Shown piece by piece: positions 10,263-20,131 of a stretch of 64,000 nucleotides of DNA. Positions within the stretch are counted from its first letter, which is position 1. The number at the start of each line of letters is the position of its first letter. Position numbers and translations under genes: made by a program. Below the pieces are notes generated by a model. The model was not told where the DNA came from. It worked only from the letters and a program-made list of their open reading frames with translations, and searched no databases. Source of the DNA: an uncultured Gammaproteobacteria bacterium (GTDB taxonomy: Bacteria > Pseudomonadota > Gammaproteobacteria > UBA9214); assembly GCA_963748215.1 (NCBI GenBank), contig CAVVHS010000006.1:544001-608000 (forward strand). The letters run 5' to 3'.

Positions 10263-11620
10263 GATGGCTTGCCGCTGGTGCGTCCGTGTACCCTGCCACG
10301 TGTTTCTGCAGTACAGGCGGGAAACGATATGCTGACTGACAGGCCGCCTGCGAGTTCCGACACACCGAGACTGATGCTGGCATGGTGCAGGTCCGCGACG
10401 TGTCTGACGATAGACAGGCCCAGTCCACAACCGATGATGCCGGAAGCGTGCTGATCACCACCCCCCCGGTAGAAGCGATCGAATATACGATCGTGCTGGT
10501 CAGCGGGTATGCCGGGGCCCGAGTCCTGTACACGCAGGATGACATGCGCGCCCCGCTCCTGCACGGATACCCGGATCATGCCGCCGGCCGGGGTGTATTT
10601 GCAGGCATTATCGAGCAGGTTCTGCAGCAGCGTCTCGAGTGCGAAGCGGTCACCCGCCACGCAGGCCCGTGTGCCCTCGAGTTCCAGCTGCTGGTTTCTG
10701 TCCTCGAACCGGGAATATTTGCGTGCGATGTAGTCCTGCGCCAGCGCATGCAGGTCGATGGGTTCGAAGCGCACCATGATCTCGTCCGGTGCCGTGCGGT
10801 GCAGTGCCAGCACCTGTTCAACCACGTTCTGCATGCGGGTGGTGGCGGATTCCAGCTGTTGCAGGTTGTGGTTATCGGTCGGCAGGTCGCGAGCGAGATT
10901 ATGCAGGTGAATTTTCATTGCACTCAGGGGTGTTCGCAACTCGTGCGCAGCGTCCGCGGCAAAGGATTTCTCGCGCCGGAACGAGGCATCGAGGCGTCGC
11001 AGCAGGTCATTGATGGAGGTGACCACCTGCAGCAGTTCCCGGGGTTGCTCGTCGAACGGCAGCGGGCCGAGGTCGTCCGCACGCTTGTCGCGCAGGTGTA
11101 TGGCGAGCCTGCGCAGTGGCGCGAGCCCGTAGCCGACGACGAACCAGATCAGCAGGCCAGTCAGCGGCAGGGCCACCACGACAGGTGCGACGGACTTGAG
11201 AATGACACTTTCCGCAAGTTCGTTACGCACGTCGACACGTTCCGCCGTGATGATCCAGCGTTGCGTCGGCGGATCGGGCAGGACATAGGTACGCCAGCGG
11301 TAACTGCCGAAATTATTGTATTCGTAGCCGGCCTCCAGACGCGCCATGGGTGTCAGTGGCGCGTTGGCTGAATGTTGCCAGAGGTCATCGCCCTGCCACA
11401 CCTGAAAGGCGAACTGGCGGGCCGTATCACGCACGCCGCTGTCAGACAGGCTACGGCCATGCGTGATCGCGAGCAGTTGCGCGGCGTCGGCCAGCTTGAT
11501 GTCGAACAGTGTTTGTGCCTCGGACATGCTCTCGCGGTAACCGTGCAATGCAGAAAGAAAGACCGTCAGCGTCATGGTCGCCAGCAAGGCAACGACCAGG
11601 AAAATGCGGATCGAGCTCAC
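10259..11620 (-). CDS. Sensor histidine kinase, QseC/PmrB-like
   Basis: Two TM segments, HAMP, FAADAAHELRTPL, NLLDNA, DSGPGI, GLGLSIV motifs. Confidence 0.92.
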   Translation of the reverse strand: MSSIRIFLVVALLATMTLTVFLSALHGYRESMSEAQTLFDIKLADAAQLLAITHGRSLSDSGVRDTARQFAFQVWQGDDLWQHSANAPLTPMARLEAGYEYNNFGSYRWRTYVLPDPPTQRWIITAERVDVRNELAESVILKSVAPVVVALPLTGLLIWFVVGYGLAPLRRLAIHLRDKRADDLGPLPFDEQPRELLQVVTSINDLLRRLDASFRREKSFAADAAHELRTPLSAMKIHLHNLARDLPTDNHNLQQLESATTRMQNVVEQVLALHRTAPDEIMVRFEPIDLHALAQDYIARKYSRFEDRNQQLELEGTRACVAGDRFALETLLQNLLDNACKYTPAGGMIRVSVQERGAHVILRVQDSGPGIPADQHDRIFDRFYRGGGDQHASGIIGCGLGLSIVRHVADLHHASISLGVSELAGGLSVSISFPACTAETRGRVHGRTSGKPS

Positions 11621-12276
11621 GCCTTGCTTACCGTATAGCCAACGCCTCGCACGGTCTTGATGAATTCCGGTGCTATCTTCTTGCGCAGGTGGTGAATGTG
11701 GACTTCCACCGAATTGCTGCTGACCTCCTCGCCCCAGCCATACAGCTTCGTTTCCAGGCTCTCCCGCGAAAGTATCCGTCCCGGATTTTCCATCAGCAGC
11801 TTGAGCAGCATGAATTCGCGGCGCGGCAGTTCGACCAGTCGGCCATCGACGGAAACCTGGTGAGTCAGCATATCCAGCACTACCGGCCCCAGCACGATTT
11901 CGCTGCTGCGCGCGGCGCTGACCCTGCGCTCCAGGGCACGCAGGCGCGCCAGCAACTCGGGCATCTCGAACGGTTTGGCCAGGTAATCGTCCGCGCCCCG
12001 GTCCAGACCCGTCACCTTGTCGGCCGTGGTATCACGTGCGGTCAGTACCATGACCAGTGGATTGGCGGCGCTGCGGCGGATATCCCTGAGAACGTCGAGG
12101 CCTTCCATATCCGGCAGGCCGAGATCCAGGATGACAATGTCGGGGGTATCCGTGTCGATGGCAAGCAGCGCGGCCTTGCCCTGCTCGACATGGTTGACGG
12201 TAAAGCCTTCCCGCTTCAGCGCGCGCTGCAGGCCATCGGCCAGCGACAGGTCATCTTCCACCAGCAGTATTTGCAT
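11617..12276 (-). CDS. OmpR-family response regulator, QseB/PmrA-like
   Basis: LLVEDD, LDLGLP, SNSVEVHIHHLRKK, TVRGVGY motifs. Confidence 0.93.
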   Translation of the reverse strand: MQILLVEDDLSLADGLQRALKREGFTVNHVEQGKAALLAIDTDTPDIVILDLGLPDMEGLDVLRDIRRSAANPLVMVLTARDTTADKVTGLDRGADDYLAKPFEMPELLARLRALERRVSAARSSEIVLGPVVLDMLTHQVSVDGRLVELPRREFMLLKLLMENPGRILSRESLETKLYGWGEEVSSNSVEVHIHHLRKKIAPEFIKTVRGVGYTVSKA

Positions 12277-12299
12277 GTACCGGCTCTGGTCATATCCGG

Positions 12300-13091
12300 C
12301 TACCCCGCCCTGACTGCGAAGGCACGCGCGCGACGATCCTGTTTGCGCAGCGCCCTGTCCACCAGCCCCGGAAGCAACCCGTTGATTCGAACAAACAGCG
12401 ATTCAGGGAAGCCAATATAGCATTCTTTCCGGTGACTTCGAACCGCCTCGAGAATCCGGCGCGCCACGGGTTCCGGCTCGTCGAAATTCATCCTGACCGC
12501 CTTCGCCATGTCGTAGACCTGCTGCGAATTGATCCCGGTGCGTACCGCGCGCGGCGCCACGTACGTCACGTCGACACCGGTGTCGGCAAGCTCCCTGCGC
12601 AGCGCCTGCGAGAAGCCGCGTAATGCGAACTTGCTGGCCGAGTAGGCGGAGAACCAGGCGAAGCCGATGCTGCCGAAGGCCGAGCCGACATTGACGATCT
12701 GGCCACTGCCCTGTTCCAGCAGGGTTGGCAGTACCGCGTGGGTCAGCAACATCGGTGCCAGTGTGTTGATCTCCAGGGTCCTGCGCACCAGCTCGGCCGG
12801 TTGCTGCTCGAACGCCCCGAACGGGTTGATACCGGCGGAGTTGATCAGTATATCGATGCCACCTAAATGTCGCAGGGCTTCGCTGACGATCCGCTCGCGT
12901 GCCTCGGCCGTGGTGATGTCGGCGCAGACGGTGTGCACCCGCTCGGGGCCAAGCGCCTGCTGCCGGTCCGCCAGGGCCTGCTCGTTGAGATCGACCAGCA
13001 CCAGCCGGGCGCCGGCATTCGCCAGCTGGACGGCCAGCTGGCCGCCGATACCACCGCCGGCACCGGTCAGGATGACGCGCTTGTTTTCCAT
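12300..13091 (-). CDS. Short-chain dehydrogenase/reductase
   Basis: TGAGGGIG, NSAG, YSASK motifs. Confidence 0.92.
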   Translation of the reverse strand: MENKRVILTGAGGGIGGQLAVQLANAGARLVLVDLNEQALADRQQALGPERVHTVCADITTAEARERIVSEALRHLGGIDILINSAGINPFGAFEQQPAELVRRTLEINTLAPMLLTHAVLPTLLEQGSGQIVNVGSAFGSIGFAWFSAYSASKFALRGFSQALRRELADTGVDVTYVAPRAVRTGINSQQVYDMAKAVRMNFDEPEPVARRILEAVRSHRKECYIGFPESLFVRINGLLPGLVDRALRKQDRRARAFAVRAG

Positions 13092-13119
13092 CGGTTCACT
13101 CCCGGTTTGCCGCTCGATG

Positions 13120-13758
13120 TCAGAGTTTGCTGCGTGCCAGTTGCAGCTTGGTGGCAACTTCCTGCCGCCGGCCCTTGTCGGCCAGCGCGCGGTTCGGGCG
13201 CGGTGCGGCGGCCTGTGCCTTCTCGAGGAAGCGCACCGCCTCGGCCGGCTTGCCCTCTTCGAGCATGAAATCGCCGTAGAAATAGTTCGGATCGATGCCG
13301 TCCGGGTTCAGTGACAACGCCTTGCGCAGGTACAGCTCGGCCTTGGCGTCGCTGCCGAACGCGATCGGCCAGCCCGGTACCTGGTAATAAAGCGAACCCA
13401 GCGAGGTGTAGACCGAGCCGTTCAGCACCGTGGCGTCGATCTGCTCGGCCTTTTCGAGCAGCTTGCGCGCCTCCTTGACCTTGCCGAGCGCGCTGATACC
13501 ACCGGTGGCGCCGGCATCGGAACTCAGGATGATGGCCAGCCACACCAGCGGTTCGGCCTTGTCCGGGCTGGCAGCGACCAGCTTGCGTGCATCCTGGGTC
13601 AGCTGTTCAAAGGCCTTGCCCTGGGCATCTTTCACCGTGTCGTAATTGACGGTGGCCCAGCGCTGCTGAATGACCAGGAGATCCTCTTCCATACCGGCCA
13701 GCGCCGCGGCCGAGCCGGCGAGCAGAATGCCGGAGATGATGAATGCTGCAAATTTCAT
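13120..13758 (-). CDS. Exported tetratricopeptide-repeat protein
   Basis: Signal peptide, LGSLYYQVPGWP and NYFYGDF helical repeats. Confidence 0.8.
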   Translation of the reverse strand: MKFAAFIISGILLAGSAAALAGMEEDLLVIQQRWATVNYDTVKDAQGKAFEQLTQDARKLVAASPDKAEPLVWLAIILSSDAGATGGISALGKVKEARKLLEKAEQIDATVLNGSVYTSLGSLYYQVPGWPIAFGSDAKAELYLRKALSLNPDGIDPNYFYGDFMLEEGKPAEAVRFLEKAQAAAPRPNRALADKGRRQEVATKLQLARSKL

Positions 13759-13773
13759 GTCGGTTACCTCGTA

Positions 13774-14427
13774 TTAATCCAGTGGAAGACTGCGAAAAAC
13801 ATCGCCATAGAGGCGATACATCATGTTGGCCATGTGAATGACCGCCTGCCGGTCGTTGCTGTCATCCAGGCGGTTCATCAGCGACTCGAAAAATTCCATG
13901 TGCCCGATATCCAGCGAACCGTGCGAGCTCAGGTAGCTGAATGCGTTCTTCGGCAGGTCCAGTGCAGCAGCGATGGCACCGGCCGCGCCCGTTGCCAGCT
14001 GGATGCTGGTGCCTTCCAGCACGAGCACCATGCCGAAAAATCCCACCGGGTTGCCACGATTGATGGTGTCATAGGCGTAGGCCACCATCAGCTCTGTCTC
14101 GGGATGCGGCATGCCATGACGATACTGCTCCGGATCTGCTCCGCAGGCGCGAATGTCGTTGAGGATCCATTCCTGGTGCCCGGTTTCTTCCTCGATGTAG
14201 TCGCCGATCGCCTCGCGCAACCACTCCTTTTCCATGGGCAGTCGGCTGCCGCAGGCCATCAGCAGCGGCACCGTGTGCTTGACGTGATGATAGGCCTGCC
14301 CGAGGAAAGCGACGTAGGTATCACGTGATATTTTTCCCTGCGCGCCGCGCACCAGCTGCGGTACCGCGAGCAGCGACTCGCGTGCGGGTTGTGTTTCCGA
14401 CTGCAGCTGCGCGAAAAAATCACTCAT
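13774..14427 (-). CDS. Heme-oxygenase-like diiron enzyme (TenA/PqqC/CADD fold)
   Basis: EEETGH, VLEG and HGSLDIGH (HxxxDxxH) metal-ligand motifs. Confidence 0.85.
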   Translation of the reverse strand: MSDFFAQLQSETQPARESLLAVPQLVRGAQGKISRDTYVAFLGQAYHHVKHTVPLLMACGSRLPMEKEWLREAIGDYIEEETGHQEWILNDIRACGADPEQYRHGMPHPETELMVAYAYDTINRGNPVGFFGMVLVLEGTSIQLATGAAGAIAAALDLPKNAFSYLSSHGSLDIGHMEFFESLMNRLDDSNDRQAVIHMANMMYRLYGDVFRSLPLD

Positions 14428-15893
14428 GACTGCGCGGCCCGCTGTGGCGGTAAATAATGCTGTTCGATCACGTCCCGACGTGGCGTGCCGCCGGGTGCGA
14501 GTTCGCCGGATGCCGTGCTGAACGGTGTCTCGGCAGTCAGCCAGCTGGTGATCTGCGCATAGTCCGGCAGGCGTGCATTGGTGGCAGCGATAGCGGCTTC
14601 CATACTCGCAGTGGTATTCGTGCCGGATGGCACCAGTACCGCCAGCAAATGCGCCTGCTCATTGCCGAGCACCGCCGCCTGCGCGATGGACGGGTGCGAC
14701 AGCAGTTCCGCCTCGATCCATTCCGGCGACACGTTGCGGCCAAAGGCCGTAATGATGCGTTCGCGCATGCGCCCGGTGACGTACAGGAAACCGTCCGCGT
14801 CGAAATAGCCCGTGTCGCCGGTGGCCAGCAGGGCGCCGGAATCGCGGACCGGGTCGCCGAGATAGCCGGAAAAGGTCTTGCCCTGTACCAGGATTTCGCC
14901 CGTCTCGCTGATCAGGGCGCGTACGTGCGGCAACAGCTTGCCCACCGAGCCGGGACGGTTATGTGCCGCTGTATTCAGGGCTACCACGGAACCGGCCTCG
15001 GACAGGCCGTAGCCCTGGTAGACAGGCAGTCCGCAGGCCGCCGCATCTTCCAGCAAGGCCTTGCCCGCAGGGGCGCCGCCGACGGCGATGAAGCGCAGCG
15101 AGTCCGGCACACTCTCGCGCTGCGCCAGGACGGTCAGCAGCTTGAGCAGGCCGGGCGGCACGATCAGTGCCGTTGGGCGGTGTGTCTGCAATGCAGCCGC
15201 CAGCCGGACGGCATCGACCCGGCTCGACCCGTCCACGCCGGTGTCGGCCGGATCGGGCACGAGGATTTCCGCGCCGCTGAGTACCGGCACATAGACGGCG
15301 CCGATATTCTCCAGCAGGATCGACAGTGGCAGCAGCGCCATGGCCCGATCGGCAGCCACGGCGTTCGCGGCCCGGGCCAGTGCGCCGGCGACGGTTTCGA
15401 TGGTGTCCCTTGACAGGCGCACCCCGCGCGGTGTGCCGGTCGTGCCCGAGGTGTAGGTCACCTTGGCAGTGCCGGCGTTATGCGTCCGCGTCGCGACCGC
15501 TTGCAGCAGCACGCGGGTGTATTGCCGCCCGGCGATCCACAGCGTGTCGCTGCTGTGTACCGTCACCAGCTCCGCGATGCGTTGCGGGGCATCGGTAATG
15601 ACGGTATCGACGCCGGCATCCTGCAGTGCGTGCAGCAATTGCCCGTCGCTGAAAAACCCCGGCAGCGGGACATGCATGATACCGGCGCGCAGGGTGGCGA
15701 GATCCGTCACAACCCAGGCCGGCCCGTTGATCAGCAGGGTACCGAGCGTGCGGGCACCGTTCAGTATCGTGGCGAGCCGGGTAACCTCACCGTCCAGCTG
15801 CTGCCAGGTCAGCGCATCATGGCTGCCGGTGACGGCACGGCGCTGCGGTGTATGCGCGGCATGCTGCGCCAGCGCCTCCAGGATGACGGTCAC
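14424..15893 (-). CDS. AMP-binding enzyme (acyl-CoA ligase-like)
   Basis: YTSGTTGTPRG, GYGLSE, TGDTG, GRNVSPEWIE motifs; GTG overlaps the upstream stop. Confidence 0.9.
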   Translation of the reverse strand: MTVILEALAQHAAHTPQRRAVTGSHDALTWQQLDGEVTRLATILNGARTLGTLLINGPAWVVTDLATLRAGIMHVPLPGFFSDGQLLHALQDAGVDTVITDAPQRIAELVTVHSSDTLWIAGRQYTRVLLQAVATRTHNAGTAKVTYTSGTTGTPRGVRLSRDTIETVAGALARAANAVAADRAMALLPLSILLENIGAVYVPVLSGAEILVPDPADTGVDGSSRVDAVRLAAALQTHRPTALIVPPGLLKLLTVLAQRESVPDSLRFIAVGGAPAGKALLEDAAACGLPVYQGYGLSEAGSVVALNTAAHNRPGSVGKLLPHVRALISETGEILVQGKTFSGYLGDPVRDSGALLATGDTGYFDADGFLYVTGRMRERIITAFGRNVSPEWIEAELLSHPSIAQAAVLGNEQAHLLAVLVPSGTNTTASMEAAIAATNARLPDYAQITSWLTAETPFSTASGELAPGGTPRRDVIEQHYLPPQRAAQS

Positions 15894-16597
15894 AGCAGGA
15901 CCGCACGGGCATTGCGGGCGAAGGCACGACCGGCCTCGCATGCCTGCAGCGCCAGGCCCTGCAGCTCGGCGTCCGTAGCCATCAATGCCAGCAAGGCCGG
16001 TGTACCCGCGACGATGTCACCGGCATACACGGCGGGCCGGCAATCGTAATAGCTGCCCCATTCCGCCTGCTGCTCCGCCGGGAGACAGGTGCGCTGTGCG
16101 TCGGCAAGCCTCGTCAGCGGCAGGCCCATGCGGGCAAAGGCATTGCGCAGTTTCGGTACCGAAGTGAAAACCACGTGCGTAAAGCCCGCCCCCATCAGAA
16201 AGGCACTGAGGGTGCAGATCAGCCAGCGGGCCTGTCCGGCATTGGCCGGGGCAAGATTGCCGATCTCGGCGATGCCGGCACGCCCGGTCGTCAACAGCTG
16301 CTCAACCGGCTGGTCCAGGTAGTGCTCCGAGAACAGCGCTTCGGCACCCGCCGGCCGTAATCCGGCCACCGCCGCGTACTCGCCGTTGTCGCGCGTCAGT
16401 CCCAGCAACAGCGGATAGAAGGAGTTCAGTGTCGCGCCATAGGCCCGGCGAAAGATCGCACCCACGAATGTCTCCGCGAAGGTGCGCTGGGCATGCGCCG
16501 GGTCCATGAGCGTCAAGGTCAGCTCCGCGCCGGTGGCGGGTGCGCTGATCAGGCGTGGCGTAACTGTGGTCTGTTGCTTGTCCGGTTCCGTGTGCAT
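15890..16597 (-). CDS. 'Thermostable hemolysin' family protein (probable GNAT-like fold)
   Basis: YGA...F-x-E-x-YLD-x-P-x-E, EIGNLA, VVFT, WGSYY...P motifs. Confidence 0.8.
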   Translation of the reverse strand: MHTEPDKQQTTVTPRLISAPATGAELTLTLMDPAHAQRTFAETFVGAIFRRAYGATLNSFYPLLLGLTRDNGEYAAVAGLRPAGAEALFSEHYLDQPVEQLLTTGRAGIAEIGNLAPANAGQARWLICTLSAFLMGAGFTHVVFTSVPKLRNAFARMGLPLTRLADAQRTCLPAEQQAEWGSYYDCRPAVYAGDIVAGTPALLALMATDAELQGLALQACEAGRAFARNARAVLL

Positions 16598-16628
16598 GAC
16601 TGCATACCCTGATATTGAACTGGCGGGC

Positions 16629-16661
16629 AGTATGGAACAGTCAGCTTATGTGGAACTTAAG
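16629..16661 (-). promoter_or_regulatory. Putative promoter with a PmrA/BqsR-type direct-repeat box and -10 element
   Basis: Minus strand CTTAAG-TTCCA-CATAAG (16661-16645), then CATACT (16634-16629). Confidence 0.55.
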
Positions 16662-16853
16662 GCATGCCTCGACCACGCCAGCCACAGGCATGGAAATTGT
16701 GAGCCAGTTCACAGTGTTGGGTGTTATTTCCGGAATCTTTCCGGGTAATCACCGGCGGCACGGCCGCCATGGCTGGCGTGCGGCTGGCAGCGGGAACGCA
16801 AGCCGCTGGGCTATACTGACGGGCAGAGTCAGGCTGCGGGGGATAACGCGATC

Positions 16854-17369
16854 ATGACAGGCAGGATCATCACGTTGCTGCTGTGCCTGACGGCCGCCCT
16901 GCCGGGGCGGGCCGAGGAGGCGGTATCGCAGGCAGTGCAGACGCCCTATACCGAGCAAAAGGTCATATTCGATTTCTATTTCGACGAGCCGGAGAAGATC
17001 AACACGGCGCTGTTCTGGATCCGCTCGCTGATCAATCCCCTGATGGACGAACCCTACGGGCTGGCACCGGAATTCCTTGATATCAAGGTCATCATCCACG
17101 GCACCGAGATCGTCGCGCTGGCGCGCAAGAACTACACGAAATACGAGGATGCCGTCGAGCGCATGCGCTACTACGCCTCGCTGGGTGTGGAATTCAAGGT
17201 CTGCGGTCTGGCGGCCCAGGACTATCACTACGCCACCGGCGATTTCTATGACTTCGTCGACGTGGTCCCGTCGGCCATCACCGAACTCGCGCACTGGCAG
17301 CTCGCCGGCTATGCGCTGATCACGCCACAGGTGCTGGAGAAGAAGCACGCGATCGAGGATATCCGCTGA
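16854..17369 (+). CDS. Periplasmic DsrE/DsrF-like family protein
   Basis: Signal peptide, KVIFD, VIIHG, FKVC, VVPSA motifs. Confidence 0.7.
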   Translation: MTGRIITLLLCLTAALPGRAEEAVSQAVQTPYTEQKVIFDFYFDEPEKINTALFWIRSLINPLMDEPYGLAPEFLDIKVIIHGTEIVALARKNYTKYEDAVERMRYYASLGVEFKVCGLAAQDYHYATGDFYDFVDVVPSAITELAHWQLAGYALITPQVLEKKHAIEDIR

Positions 17370-17378
17370 CGTTCAACG

Positions 17379-19655
17379 CTATTTGTCGACCTTCATCAGC
17401 AGCGGTGGCAGGAGCAGAAAATCCGTCACCAGCGCCAGGGCAATGGTCACCGCCGTCAGCAGCCCCATGTCCGCATTCAGCTTGAAGCCGGACAGGGTCA
17501 GCACCAGGAAGCCGGCAATCAGCACCAGCGTGGTCACCAGCAAGGCCGTGCCCACGGTGTGGAAGGCGTAGCGCACCGCGTCCTGCGCATCCAGGCCACG
17601 TTCGCGGCGCGCGCGCAGGTACTTGCTGAGGAAGTGCACGGTGTCGTCGACCACGATACCCAGCGTCATGCCCGCGACCACGGACAGGCCCAGGCCGACC
17701 TGGCCGGATACCAGCCCCCACAGGCCGAAGCCCATGGCCGCCGGCGCCAGGTTGGGGATCAGGCTGACCAGCCCGATCTTGACCGAACGCAGCGCCACGA
17801 TCAGCACCAGCGAGATCAGCACCAGGGCGAAGCTGGTACCGCGCAGCATGCTGCGAATATTGCGCTGACCGATGTAGGCGAACATGACCGCCGAGCTGGC
17901 GCCGCTGGACTTCAGATGCGGCGCGTTCTTGCCCAGCCAGTCCTGGGCCTGGCGTTCGATCTCCAGCAAGGTATTACTGGAAACATTCTCCAGCGAGACG
18001 ATCAGGCGGGTCGATGACTTGCTGATGTCGATCTGGTTGTTGAGATCGAGCCCGTAGGGCAGCGACATCTCGTACAGCAGCAGGTATTGTGCTGCCAGCT
18101 CGCGCTCATCCGGCAGCCGGTACCAGTCCGGATCATCCGCGTGCATGTTCTTGTTCAGCCGGCGCATGATGTCGGTGATCGTGTTGACATGCAGTACATG
18201 CGGTCGTGTCCGGTACCACTCCGCGAAGCGGTCGACCTCGCGCAGGAATTCGGGATCGTTGATGCCGCCGCTCTCACCGCTGCCGAGCGAGTACTCGATG
18301 GTATAGACGCCGGTCAGGCGGGTGGTCGCGAATTCGGTATCGACCCGGAACGGAATACTCATGTCGAAATACTTGATGAACTCGTCGTTCAGTTCATTGC
18401 GCGGAATGAAGCTCACCAGCACCACCACCACGACGCCCATGACCCAGAACAGGATATTGCGGCGTGCCACCACGAAATCCGCGAAGCGGTCCATGTACAT
18501 CGCGCGGCGTGTCTCGCCCGTTTTTACACGCATTGGCAGAAGCGAGGCCAGTACCGGCAGCAACGTGACCGACAGTACGAAGGCGATGGCTACGCCCATG
18601 GCAACGATATTGCCCAGGTCGCGGAACGGTGGAGCATCGCTGAAATTCATGCTCATGAAACCGATGATGGTGGTCAACGAGGTCAGGAACACCGGCTGCA
18701 TGTTGATGCGCAGGCTCTCGACAATGGCCGCGCGCTTGCCCTCGCCCTTGCCCATCGCATGCAGCAGGGTGGCGAAGACGTGCACGCAATCGGCGACGGC
18801 CAGGGTCAGGATGATGGGCGGCGAAGACGCGGACGGCGGTGTCAGCGCAATGCCCAGCCAGCCGGCCAGACCCATGGCCGACACGATGCTCATGATGATC
18901 ACCAGGAAGGTCACGAGCATGGCGGTGAGCGAGCGTAACAGCAGGATCAGGGTCAGCAGCACGATGGCGAACATGATCGGTATCAGCGTGGCCTGATCAT
19001 GCAGGGCGACTTCCTGGAAGGTGTTGTTCATGATCACCATGCCGGTGAGATACACGTCCAGGTTGGGGTTCTGCGCCTTGACCTGTTCGACCAGGTCACG
19101 GGCAAACGCGGTGATCTCGGGTACTTCCCTGCCGGTTCCCTCATCCGGCAGCTGGATGGTCACGTTGACGCCGGCCACCTGCCCATTCGGAGATATCAGC
19201 CGGTTCACCAGCAGCGGTTCATGCACGGCGATGTCGTGGATCTCCTGCAGCTGACCTGCATCGAGCGAGCGCGGATCACCGACCAGGTCGGCGACGATCA
19301 GATCGTCGGCCTCGGCGCGGGTATGCTGGTAGTTGGTGAGCGAGTCGACGCGCAGCGAGTACGGCATCTGCCAGCAGGCCTTGGTCAGCTGCGCAATGCT
19401 TTCCAGGGTGTCCGGTGTAAACACACCGCCCTGTTTCGGCGCCAGCGCGAACAGTACGTTGTCGGTCTTGGTGTAGGTGTTCTGCAGCTGATCAAAGGCC
19501 TTCAGCTGCGGATTGTCGGCGCTGAAAAACACCCGGTAATCGGTCTTGAAGGTAATGAAGCGTCCGCCGCTGGCGGCCAGCGCCACCAGCACGATACACG
19601 CGAGCAGCACGGGAACGCGCCAGCGCAAGACCCATTCACCATACGATTTCACCAT
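17379..19655 (-). CDS. MMPL/RND superfamily transporter
   Basis: Duplicated TM bundles with LAVADCVH and GIVVDDTVH; two periplasmic loops. Confidence 0.9.
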   Translation of the reverse strand: MVKSYGEWVLRWRVPVLLACIVLVALAASGGRFITFKTDYRVFFSADNPQLKAFDQLQNTYTKTDNVLFALAPKQGGVFTPDTLESIAQLTKACWQMPYSLRVDSLTNYQHTRAEADDLIVADLVGDPRSLDAGQLQEIHDIAVHEPLLVNRLISPNGQVAGVNVTIQLPDEGTGREVPEITAFARDLVEQVKAQNPNLDVYLTGMVIMNNTFQEVALHDQATLIPIMFAIVLLTLILLLRSLTAMLVTFLVIIMSIVSAMGLAGWLGIALTPPSASSPPIILTLAVADCVHVFATLLHAMGKGEGKRAAIVESLRINMQPVFLTSLTTIIGFMSMNFSDAPPFRDLGNIVAMGVAIAFVLSVTLLPVLASLLPMRVKTGETRRAMYMDRFADFVVARRNILFWVMGVVVVVLVSFIPRNELNDEFIKYFDMSIPFRVDTEFATTRLTGVYTIEYSLGSGESGGINDPEFLREVDRFAEWYRTRPHVLHVNTITDIMRRLNKNMHADDPDWYRLPDERELAAQYLLLYEMSLPYGLDLNNQIDISKSSTRLIVSLENVSSNTLLEIERQAQDWLGKNAPHLKSSGASSAVMFAYIGQRNIRSMLRGTSFALVLISLVLIVALRSVKIGLVSLIPNLAPAAMGFGLWGLVSGQVGLGLSVVAGMTLGIVVDDTVHFLSKYLRARRERGLDAQDAVRYAFHTVGTALLVTTLVLIAGFLVLTLSGFKLNADMGLLTAVTIALALVTDFLLLPPLLMKVDK

Positions 19656-19792
19656 GAGTGTTCCCTGTAAATGTGCATTTGTATGTCGGGCGGGACTGGC
19701 AGATAATCCGCTATTGCAGCGCGACAGGCGACCCACTTGTCTGCAGGGTAACTGCTGCGTTTCGGGTAAGGATAATACAGGAGAATCGTAAA

Positions 19793-19996
19793 ATGAGCGC
19801 AATCCGCATGTTGTTTATCTTCATGGCCCTCTTGATCTGTGCCGGTATCTGGCTGACCGGTGTGGACAAGGTGCACTGGTTGCTCTACATACCACCGGCC
19901 GCGCTGTTGTTTGCCGGCATTACCGGCATTTGTCCGGGCTACATCATCTTCAGCAAGCTGGGCTTCAAGGGGCAGGGTATCGGCAACAAGCTCTGA
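19793..19996 (+). CDS. Small membrane protein, DUF2892/YgaP-like
   Basis: AGGAG RBS, two TM helices, TGICP motif. Confidence 0.7.
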   Translation: MSAIRMLFIFMALLICAGIWLTGVDKVHWLLYIPPAALLFAGITGICPGYIIFSKLGFKGQGIGNKL

Positions 19997-20131
19997 GCCG
20001 TTGCTGCATGCTTTCGAACGGGCCCCGTGTGCTGCACGGGGCCCTTTCATTGCATGCTCACGGTATCTGCCGGCAGCGTTGAATATGTGATAATACCTGC
20101 CTGACAGCGACCCGGACCCCGTGTCACACGC

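Noticed and set aside
15890-16597. Secreted hemolysin toxin
   Set aside because: No signal peptide or pore-forming features, and the gene heads an enzyme operon.
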